A DNA stretch of 63,705 nucleotides, the filler included, from Bonamia ostreae (taxonomy: Eukaryota): NCBI GenBank assembly GCA_040357525.1. It is 10 parts of 10 records of this genome, joined end to end, with 100 filler letters (N's around TTAATTAATTAA, not from the genome) between each part and the next. Parts side by side here need not be neighbours in the genome. Positions count along the whole stretch, not along the records: positions 1 to 6,319 come from JBDODL010000131.1; positions 6,420 to 12,738 come from JBDODL010000132.1; 8 more parts are not named here. One strand, given 5' to 3'. Both the position numbers and the translations under genes were made by a program. Below the pieces are notes generated by a model. The model did no database searches and was not told the DNA's origin. It saw nothing but the letters and a program-made list of their open reading frames with translations. Below, one piece after another: positions 1 through 9,931 of this stretch. Position 1 is the stretch's first letter; each line of letters begins with the position of its first letter.

Positions 1-2
1 TA

Positions 3-2726
3 ATGGCTTATTCTAAAGATGGCGCAGATATGACTTTGGCAAAATTGTGGGATAATGAACTTAAATCATTAAAAAAAACTCTTAAAAGAATCAATCTTGA
101 TGAATTTGATCACCAAAATCTAAATTTAAATTATGAGACCTTTTTTCGTAATGATAAAGGTTTTCAAAGTCGAAATCCATGTGAATTGACTGTTGACAAA
201 GACAAAAATGAAGTGAAACTAGAATTTCGGGAGAATGATATACAAGATAACAAACATCTTCATGAATGTGTATCCACATTTATGAAATACTGTCCTTTAA
301 CTGAAACTCCAACAGGCGATTACCCCCTTTTAAAAGTCGTCCGCCTTAGAGACGGCGAAAAACCATTCAATCCAATAGATTACAGGCATGCAGCTAAAGG
401 TTTCATTTTAAAATTCAAGTTGAGTTCGTAAGATACATTATTACGCTTGCGCTGCTTGCTGATAGTTGTAATCTTAGAATTGTGGAATGCATAAATCCTG
501 ATACTCTTGTAGTTGATAAACACGATCAGCTGAGAATAGTAGCGATTAACTGTGATAAACGAGAAAGCGCAACATTTAATGTCCAAATCGTTCTAAATTT
601 CCTGCAATATCTCTTCGGAAATCCCATAAGAAATTCAATCCATGACGACCTTGTATCTTCATTAAAGGGAAAAGCGATCTCTGGTTTTGAGCTTAACGAA
701 AAACTGTATCAACATCCTTTTTTTCACCAAAGCTCTTTTAACGCACTACCAACGGTAGTTTCAGCTATTAAAAACAACACACTTTGGGTTTGCATAGCCG
801 GAAAAAAGGTAATCGAAAAGTCAAAAATGGCTGGCGAAGTCGTTGCAGAAAAGTTTTTTGGCAAAAACATAATGGTTAAGCCTTGGGACAGGAATAAAAA
901 ACCTTCTGTTGAAATTATCAGTACTGAACTTATCGGTAAACGTTGCGTTCAAATTGTTTCCATTATCTCATTAACTTTTTAGTTTAAAAGCGATCAAGCT
1001 GTTGCAGAAACCGAACAAGTTTCTTTCTCAGTTTTTGTAATTCTGTTCGTTAGACAATGTAAACGATTTTTAACAATTTTAAATTTTTAGCTTGAACACG
1101 AAGTATCCGAGTTTATAATCTTAGACAACCGCATCCTTTTTTGCGACGCAATCTTTACACCTGGTTATGAACGTCTCCACAATCATCTTCCCATGATGGC
1201 AGACTTGAAATATGTACAAACAATTAAAGGTAAAGCAGGTATGCTATCCTATCCCTTAAGAGAAGGCAATTTTATTAGACAAGCGAACAAGGAAGGCGAA
1301 CAAAGAATAGGTTGTTACAAATATTTCTAGCTAAACATTTCAAAACACTGATTTCTGCTGTGATCCTGATGAAAGACCCGCAAATTGGCCTCTGTTTGGA
1401 AAGAGACATCCCTTTGAGCAACATGTATATAGATGGCGATAATTTGGTGATCGCTTTTATGGACGCTTCGTACAGGAGTGCTGACAATGCTAACAGTGCT
1501 ATTAGTGACAGTAAAGAGGTTAAAGCACTCGTGACTACATTAAAAAATATGCAGCATGCGACCGGTGATGAAGATTCCAAAGATTTTGACGATTTTATTG
1601 CAAGATTGGAATCAGAAAATCGGATCTCTTACGAGTGTATGCGCCACGAACTGTTTACTCGATTCAGCGAAAATAAATGTCCAGAATTTAAAACCGTGAT
1701 TAACGGAATGCATGCTTCTGTCTTAGATTTGCGAGAACCTATAGAACAACATTACAAACACGTAATTCGTTTGAATGGCGAAAGGCAAAGCATAAGTTTT
1801 GTTTTTAAACAAGTCAGTTATTGATCGACCGAATAAAATGACCTTTAAGATCACGTTTATTAGAAATGACAACTGGTTATTAGATGAAAATCCCGTTATT
1901 TTGGGAATCGAAACTTATTCGAATTACGAAGTTTACTATTTAAAATGGGTACAATCTAACGCTGTTGTTAGAGATGGCAATTTAAGATCATTTCAATTTT
2001 CTTTATGTGGTGATAGATTTGAATCATCCGTGAAACATTTCATGGAAAAATTCCCGATGACAAGTTTTGGCAATTCAGACCCCAATTTATTTCCGTTAAC
2101 AGATTCACTGGAGTCATTACAAACAGTTACAAAATGTTTTATTAAAAACGTTAGTGCATTATACCAAACTTTTCATTATTCTTTGCCTTCAAATGGAAAA
2201 TTTTGGCTTGTATTTATTTGAACCGATCGACTGCGCGGATATTTTTGAAGGACAAAATTCGAACTTATTGATAACTGCATTGGCATTCACTGTGGACCCA
2301 AATAACCACCAAATGAATGTTATTAGATCTCTGGAAAACTTGAATAAAGTTTTAAAAGTGGAAGCTATTGAAAATCTAAGAACTCAAATTGACTCTAGTG
2401 GTTTAAGCGAATATCTTTTACGAAACGATTGCTTTTGGTCACAAAAAAGATCTAGCGCAATGGAAAAACACACAATGCAATTCTCCACAATGGTTCTTAA
2501 GAATGAAGTAGCATTCATCTGCAGAGGCGATGTTACAAAAATCCCATATCTTAACCAAAATGAATGTCTAATATCACAAGTTAGAATTCCTGGTTTAGGT
2601 AAACTAAATCTTTTAGTCGACCCTCTCTCCTTTCCAATCAAAGTATCTCCAGGTATTGTGCTGTTCGCAGAGAAAACTGGGAATTTTAACATCTATTATT
2701 GGTACAGCAAAAAATACTATTATTAA
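3..2726 (+). CDS. Multi-exon ~850 aa protein with three tandem degenerate protein-kinase-like (pseudokinase) modules; possibly 5'-partial
   Basis: Five track ORFs plus two unlisted exons join into one open frame (2544 nt) after removing GT-AG introns 400-419, 956-982, 1019-1090, 1311-1330, 1796-1817 and 2136-2154. Kinase C-lobe-like motifs: RIAKHFKTLISAV...ERDIPLSNMYID...RISYECMRHELF; INPDTLVVDKHDQLRI...QHPFF; RNDCFWS. Confidence 0.7.
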
Positions 2727-2873
2727 ATCTATGTTTAACGAACCTAACCAAAACATTTTTAAAATTTTGTAATTTGCAGATGTTTTACATTTATTGTATT
2801 TGATAATATTCGTGATATTCGACCAAATTGTTTTTTAGTTGCAATCCATAGCTGCCTTTATAGTTAGTATTCT

Positions 2874-3969
2874 TTAAGTAAAATTTTTTACGATAATGTT
2901 TCCGTTTTTATCAAAATACACTTCAGCTTCACCCTTTTTGTCGCAATATGAATTTTTAACATTTGAATAAAATTTATATTTGACAAAAACGGATCCGTGT
3001 TCTTCATCATCCGCAAATTCCTTCAGTCTTACCATTTTCCCGTTTTTCAAGTAAATCTTTGTTGACAAATATATCTTAATACAATTTACCNNNNNNNNNN
3101 NNNNNNNNNNNNNNNNNNNNNNNNNNNNNNNNNNNNNNNNNNNNNNNNNNNNNNNNNNNNNNNNNNNNNNNNNNNNNNNNNNNNNNNNNNGTTCTTTGAT
3201 TTAGAAATTTGTCTCTTTTATAAACAAAATAAACGATCTGCTTTCCATCTTCGCTATATACCAAAGTTTTTTCAGTCTATAAGTTTATGACATTGTGAAA
3301 TGTTAACAGTGTGTAAAGAATCGGAATAGACTAATGTTAGTTTTTTGAGTTTTTCGTTGTCGCCAAAAACGTAAATTTTTGCTTCCTGCGTATTAATTGT
3401 AATACTAACTTTAGAGTTTTCACCAAATTTATGTTGACTGTGTCTTTCTAAATAGTGCAAAATTTAACTTTTCATTCCGTTTTGATAAAATTTTTCGACA
3501 ACTTTGTAATAATTTAAAAAAACGAATTGAAATTATTTTAAACTCGCTTTTTCTTGGGTTGTACCTATAAGTGCTCATTTTGTGTTTCTGTTGAATTTAT
3601 TAAATATCAAAACTTTGGTAATACCGTTTCTGTAAAAACTTTCGAATTGTCTGGACTATAATTAATGCTTTTAAACTTTTGTGCCATTCAAGAAATACTT
3701 TTCGATGAAAAGGCTCTGAATTAGATATATTAAAACTTTTTTGAGTCCGTTTTCGTAAAAGTGTGTTTTGTAAATCTGGATTTTAAGTTTAAAAACATCA
3801 TTAAATCCATATTTAAAAACGATTGTTCTATTATTCTAAAAAATTTGTTATTGTTACAATTTTTGTTCCGAATCTGCTGAAGGTTAAGAATGTTCTTACC
3901 TTTTGATAATTTTTCACAAACTTTATTTCCAAAACTATTTGTCTTTGTTGATCTTTCCTTTAGTTGCAT
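2874..3969 (-). CDS. Hypothetical multi-exon protein spanning an N gap; repeated short Y-x-x-D-G beta-type segments
   Basis: Chain of short minus-strand ORFs (VYSEDGKQIVYF, VYFDKNGNII) separated by micro-intron-like segments; exon structure not resolved. Confidence 0.3.
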
Positions 3970-4245
3970 ATTAATTTATAAAAGAAGATAAATTTTAATT
4001 CCAAAAATTAATCCCATTTAAAAACTATTTTATTTCCGTTTTTATCAAAACTAACTGATTTTGAAGTGAGACAAGAAAATAGAAATATCATTTTAATCAT
4101 AATCTGAAATTTTGACATTTAAATTATGTAATTAGTAAGAAAACCAACTAAATACAGTTTTCAAACTCAAATTTAAGTTCCCAAATCAGTTTCAAAATTT
4201 AGCTATCGAAAATCAGCTATATTTTAGCTTTCTGTTTTAAACAAA

Positions 4246-4578
4246 ATGGCGTTTACACCGAAAGCAAAAATCGTTCGCCAGGTAACATCTAAAAAACGCT
4301 TTTAGAAAATAAGTGACGACGGTCTTTGCGGCACATTTTATTTTGTAGACGAAGGGCACACTATCGGAAACATTTTAAAATATTTGCTTGCTAAGCGCAA
4401 AGACGTCGCTTTTAGCGGATACAATGTTCCCCACCCGAACAATAATTTGATGACAGTGCGAGTGGAAGCGAAAAAGGGACATTGTCCTGTTCAAATTTTA
4501 AAGGAAACTTTTAAAACGCTGATAAAATTGTGTTCAGTTCTCGAAACAAAATTCAAAAACGCTTTTGACGAAAAATAA
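4246..4578 (+). CDS. POLR1D: RNA polymerase I/III subunit AC19 (RPAC2)
   Basis: ATG 4246, 24-nt intron 4282-4305; EGHTIGNILKYLL...VAFSGYNVPHP matches the RPB11/AC19 family, closer to AC19 (EDHTLGN...GYxIPHP). Confidence 0.85.
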
Positions 4579-4821
4579 ATTTTTCCGTTTTTGTGATTTT
4601 TTAAATTTGTAAAAACAGCAATATTTTCGTTTTTGCGATTTTTCCAAATTTGCAAAAAAGTCAGAATTGAAATTTTTATTTGCCACAATTTTAATCGCCA
4701 GAAAAATTTTTCCAAAATATTGCGAAGACATTGTAACAAAGAGGATAAAAGCAAATTTCACAATTTAAAAATTACATAAAATGTTTTGAAAAAAGCACTT
4801 TAAAAATCGGTTTTATTCAAA

Positions 4822-5388
4822 ATGGGAAATATCTCTTGTCGCGAAAACAATTTGTCACGTCAACTCAACGACATAATCGTCGATATTTCAAATCAATTGG
4901 CCGACACAAAATCAGATGTTTTAGAGAAAAAGAGACATCTCAAAAAACAGAAAGCAACTTTGATATCTTTCAGAAGAAAACTAGAAAAGAGAGAAGAAGA
5001 CATCAAAAAGTACTTGTCAGACATTGAAACGGAAAAAGAAAAAGAAGAGCAAAAGTTGACACAAAAAAGAGATGAGCTCGAGAAAGAGAGTCAATCCATT
5101 AAAATCGCAGTTAAAAAGTTGGCTCAACAAAAGGAAAAATTTGAGCGAGAAAAAGACCTTTTTGAAGAACAAAAGGATAAATTTGAGCGAGAAAAAAAGC
5201 TTTTTGAAGAACAAAAGATAAAATTTGAATGCGAAAAAATAGGTGAAAGTTCTGTTTTGGAGACAAACACAGAATTGGACGAGAAAAAGAACGACATTTT
5301 AAGAAGAAGCCAATTTACAGAAAAGATGGAACAGCCAAAAACGTTTATTTACAAAAAAGAGGATCAGGTTAATTTGCTTGAATTGTAA
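4822..5388 (+). CDS. Coiled-coil protein with possible N-myristoylation (MGNISC)
   Basis: 188-aa ORF, K/E-rich heptads, repeated KFEREKxLFEEQK. Confidence 0.6.
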   Translation: MGNISCRENNLSRQLNDIIVDISNQLADTKSDVLEKKRHLKKQKATLISFRRKLEKREEDIKKYLSDIETEKEKEEQKLTQKRDELEKESQSIKIAVKKLAQQKEKFEREKDLFEEQKDKFEREKKLFEEQKIKFECEKIGESSVLETNTELDEKKNDILRRSQFTEKMEQPKTFIYKKEDQVNLLEL

Positions 5389-5455
5389 AATCGTCACTGT
5401 TTGTCTAAATTATGTAAAATATAATTTGCTTTTTAGCATTTAACGAAATTTATTT

Positions 5456-6043
5456 TTATATATCAGAAGAAGTAGAAGAATATGATCTTCTTTTGGTTTT
5501 CCCTCCTCTGTATTTGACCTGCTCATCTTTTTGCTTTTTGGGCAAAGACGGGCTTTTGTTTTTTCGATAACGCGTTCTTTTTTGCGGGGACGGAGATCGT
5601 ATTCTTTTTTGCGGGGACGGAGATCGTATTCTTTTTTGCGGGGATGGAGATCTTTTTCTTCTTTTTGGGGATGGAGATCGTCTACTTCGCTTTCGACTGC
5701 TTTTCTCGGTTTTTGTTTTCTGTGAATTTTTGGGTTTTGCAGCGCTTCCTCTTTTTTCACTCAAAGAACTCTTTTTTTCAACAAAAGAGATGATGACTTT
5801 CTTCCCATCAATTTCTCCTTCGTCCATCGCTCTTAGGGCGGCATCTGCCGGCGTGGAGGCATCAAATTCAACGATGGCATATCCGAGAGCAATTTGTACT
5901 TTTTTGTCAATAGGAACTATAATTTTAGATGGTTTTCCCCAGATGGAAAAAATTTCTTTGAGATGGGCTTCGGTGACATTTCTAGAAACATTGCGGATTC
6001 GTATCGCAGTTGGTTTTTTTGTTCGTTTGACTTTTTTATCCAT
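5456..6043 (-). CDS. RNPS1: RNPS1/SR45-like RRM plus RS-domain splicing factor
   Basis: RRM RNVTEAHLKEIFSIWG...GYAIVEF followed by RSPSP repeats. Confidence 0.85.
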   Translation of the reverse strand: MDKKVKRTKKPTAIRIRNVSRNVTEAHLKEIFSIWGKPSKIIVPIDKKVQIALGYAIVEFDASTPADAALRAMDEGEIDGKKVIISFVEKKSSLSEKRGSAAKPKNSQKTKTEKSSRKRSRRSPSPKRRKRSPSPQKRIRSPSPQKRIRSPSPQKRTRYRKNKSPSLPKKQKDEQVKYRGGKTKRRSYSSTSSDI

Positions 6044-6319
6044 CAGTTTAGCTAAATTTTAGTAAATTACGTGCCAGAAACTTAAATTAATGCACTTGCT
6101 AAATTTTAAAAAGAATCTGTTAATTTTTTAATTGTTTAAAAAATCGTCAAACTTTAATTTTTAATTTAAAACTCGCCAAATTGGCGGTTGCTCAAATCGG
6201 AAGAAATAATAACAATTCGGATGAAAAATAATAACCGCCAATTTCAGAGAAAATTTTTTCCAATTCGGAAGAAATGACAACAGTAACTTTCTCTAGAAAT
6301 GGTTAAAATGCTAAGACGA

Positions 6320-6419
6320 NNNNNNNNNNNNNNNNNNNNNNNNNNNNNNNNNNNNNNNNNNNNTTAATTAATTAANNNNNNNNNNNNNNNNNNNNNNNNN
6401 NNNNNNNNNNNNNNNNNNN
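6320..6419. other. Artificial scaffold-joining linker (N-TTAATTAATTAA-N, stops in six frames); first of nine
   Basis: Equivalent 100-nt linkers at 12739, 19150, 25559, 31966, 38357, 44741, 51096 and 57401; intervening scaffolds fall in size from ~6.32 to ~6.2 kb. Confidence 0.97.
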
Positions 6420-9400
6420 TTGTGTAGACCAAATCGACGATTCGTTGTTCGTCGCGATAAAAGTCGAATTTGTTTAAAAGACTAAAATCCTAAAATATTC
6501 AAAAAATTTATCAAAATTTAGCTTTTGTTGTTTTTATCGCTTAAATTTTGTTTTTAGACGTGAACAAAAAACAAGATTAAATAAAAGCAAAATAGGCTCA
6601 TTTTTCGAGCGTTTGGCAGTGGTTCCGGCGACACAAATTTTCTTGGTTTTCTGACAAAACGAAATTTTCATCGGAGCGAAATCTAAAATGTTTTACAAAA
6701 TTTTACGAACCATTAAATTTCCTTTTGAAAACGGAATATTTGTTCGGTTCGTCATCAAAGTTGATTTCTCCGATAAGCAATTTGTCGTTTTTCAAAAACA
6801 AGTAATTTTTTGTGTTCTTTAACAAATTTTTGGCAAAAAAATCGATTTTGCAAAATTTAAAAATTGGAACAAAAAATTTTTAAACACAAAATTTTTGAAA
6901 ACAATAAGATTTTTATATGAATGAGAATATCCTTTGTCTAAATTCTCAGAATTGGAAATGTAAAAATAGTCTTTCTTCTCCACATCGAAACAAATCGTTT
7001 CTTCGGACGACGCCAATAAAACTCGTCGTTGGAGGTACTTCGTTGCCGATATTTTTACGGGAAATTGCCCCAATTTGATTTTGCAGAGAATACTAAATTT
7101 TTGACATTTTAATTCAAAATTTGCAAATTTAAAATAAAGCGAAGTCAAAAAACTTGAAATCAAATTTGTAGTCCATATAACCGAAAACACAATTCCCATC
7201 GTCTAAATTTTAAATTTGGTGATAAAACTTAGCCCAAACGCGATAATCAATTTTCCCCCGTCAAAATGACTATCCGCCGAAACAACAAAATTTGGAAATA
7301 CCAATTTTAGATTAATCGGGATTTTGACTAATTTAGAATGTGCAAAATTTTGAATTTGGACACAATTTTGAGTTGAGTCAAAATATCCAATAACAACAAA
7401 AAAAGTTTTAATTGACAGATCGTAGGCGATCGAGAAACTGGAAACTTGCTTTTCGGTTTCAGAAAAAAATGCTATTTGACTAAATGTCATATTTTTTCTG
7501 TTTAAGTTTAGCAGAAGAATTTGGTTTTTGTCGTTCAGAATTAGAATTTTATCGTGTTTTATTGCGCTTTGCGTCGTTTTATGTTGCGTTTTGTGTGTTA
7601 TTAAAACTCTGGCCAGATTTTCAGAATCCAAATTAGCCAAATTTGGACTGAACTCGATCAAATTGATCGAGTTTTCTGTTATCTGAATTAAGTTGTCGTC
7701 GATTTTTTCGAATTTAATCGTTCTGTCAAAATTAAGCCATTTCGGAGTTTCGATTTCTTGTAAACTGTTTTCGGAGAATTTGAATATTCTTGTTTTTTCG
7801 TAAAATGTCTATAATTGAGCAAATTTCAAATTTGGTGAAATCGGGATATTAAAATTTTTTTCAAAAAAACCAACAGAACAAATGGCCCAAAAACAAAAAT
7901 ATCGATGCATTTTCTAATATTTAGCTCTGAGACTTTTGTCATCTCCAAACTTTTTTCTAAAATTCCGATTTGGCCAAAAGTTTTGTGCCCGGTACAAAAC
8001 AGAATTTTTTGATGGTCATTTTCAATTTTTGCTTTGCGAATCAATTCGATGTCTTTTATCGGCCCAACATTCGAAAACGTTTTTAAAGTTTCCACGGTTT
8101 TCCCGATGTTTAAGTTGTCGTTTATTCTCACGATCTAAAATGTCCAGTTTTTGCAATTTTTTTCACAGTTATTTTATCAAAATTTTACTCGAAAAAATAA
8201 AAAACTTGCGAATCATCGCAAATAGAACCGATAAAGAACGTCCTGGGACCTATTTTCGATAAACAGTGTGCAATGTTGGCAAAACCGATTTTTTTGGCAT
8301 TTAATTTTGCAATTTTCCGTTTATTGTTTTTTATAAAAGTGACGTTAATGATTGCCCCGATGTCGTCTGATAACAAAACCGAGTTGTTTTCGTATAAAGG
8401 ACAAGTGGCCAAAATATTAGCGGGAGAAAATGAGATGTTGGCCATGAATTGTCCTTCGTTGTTTAGAAAGGATATTTTGGAATTTGATATTACTAAAATT
8501 CCTTCAATCGGCTTGCACAGACTTTTTAACAATGAAGATGTTGAGGGAACTTTTATCTCTTTTCCTTCTTTAGAAATTTGTTTTCGAGTGATTATTTTTA
8601 AGCAATTTTGTCATTTTCGCGATTTTTTTATTTTGGTAAAATTTTTTTTTAAGTTTGTTAAAATTTTTTGCTTTTTTTAGTTTGTTAAAAATTTTTGCTT
8701 TTTTTTAGTTTGTTAAAAATTTTTGCTTTTTTTTAGTTTGTTAAATTTTTTCTCTTTTTAGTAAATTAATAAAATTGCAAACAAACCAAATTTTAACTCA
8801 AAATTGTCGATATCGACTTTATAAATTTTGATGTAAGAATCGTTTTTATGTTTTGAAAAGTTTGTCGGATTATAAAGAACAGCGATCAAAGTTGTTTTTC
8901 TGTTATGCAGAAACTGAATTGAAGCGATAACATTGTTATCCATTCTTCAAATAAAATTTGTTTCCAAAATTTTTACAAATTAAAATTTTTCCAATTATAA
9001 AATTTAAAATATAAAACAATGAATCGAAAGCTCGGTTATTCCTTTCTTCGGGGAAAATATCAATAATTTTAATTTTGGATTTGTAAAAATTTAACGCGGC
9101 TAAAGATTTTGACGATTCGACATCGCCTTGAATCTTCGCGCCGATAGGATCTCCCCAAAAATCGTTTATATTGTTTACAAAATGGGTGCTGATTTTCGAA
9201 GATTGCGCATTGAACGAAATAGAGACGTATTGGTACTTTTCTGTGACGAAAAAAATGTAATGTTTAGATGTGCTCAGGGGCCTATAAGTGGCTAAAAATA
9301 TTATGTTGCCGTTGATCGGGACATCGAAGAGGTTTGATAACTTTCCGTCGCCATTTTCGATTTTATGAATTTGGAGACAATTGTTTTTTCTGTAATTACG

Positions 9401-9517
9401 AAAAAGTTACGCGAGCACTAGATTTTTGTCGCTGACGCTCGTGAAATTGCAAATCGCAGAATGAGTTACAATTGTTGACGTTGTTAGTTTTTTTACATAT
9501 AAACAATCTTCCGCCAT
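6420..9517 (-). CDS. DDB1: DNA damage-binding protein 1 (beta-propeller), 3'-truncated by scaffold end, many introns
   Basis: N-terminus MAEDCLYVKKLTTSTIVTHSAICNFTSVSDKNLVLA-KNNCLQIH...VPINGNI resembles DDB1; also FFIGSICDDSQ, FSNVGPIKDI and CTGHKTFGQIGIL. Confidence 0.85.
8636..8752. repeat. ~28-bp tandem repeat (TTAGTTTGTTAAAAATTTTTGCTTTTTT, ~4 copies) in a DDB1 intron
   Basis: Directly visible repeat units. Confidence 0.8.
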
Positions 9518-9722
9518 CGTTAAGCTTCGATTTCAATTATTTCCGATTTAAAGGTTTTAGATAAAAAAATTAGCCTTTTATTTAATGGTTGGCAGGTATT
9601 TTTATTTGGTCGGCAGAGATTTAGTCAAATCTCTTTATTTTGATTTTTTGGGCTAGACGACGCTTCGTTTTCGAAGATTTGTCTTTTTGGGCCTTAATCA
9701 TTAGAACACAAAATTTATTCAA

Positions 9723-9862
9723 CAATTTTCATTAAATTGCTTCTTGTTTAACGAATGGAAATCTTTTTAATTATTCGCTGTTTATTTTGCGCCAATTTTT
9801 CATTAAATTGCTTTCTTGTTTAACGAATGGAAATCTTTTTAACGATTCGCTGTTTATTTCGC
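9723..9862. repeat. ~70-bp direct repeat, 2 copies, in the DDB1/CorA divergent intergenic region
   Basis: CAATTTTCATTAAATTGCTTCTTGTTTAACGAATGGAAATCTTTTTAA..ATTCGCTGTTTATTT occurs twice. Confidence 0.85.
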
Positions 9863-9931
9863 ACATATAACATCAATACAATATATAAAAATCTTAATAG
9901 TTAAAGCTCAACCCAAGCTTAAAGTTTTAAG

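Noticed and set aside
4282-4305. In-frame stops and frame breaks suggesting an alternative genetic code, readthrough or mass pseudogenisation
   Set aside because: Nearly all are resolved by short GT-AG introns, and TAA, TAG and TGA all terminate conserved genes.
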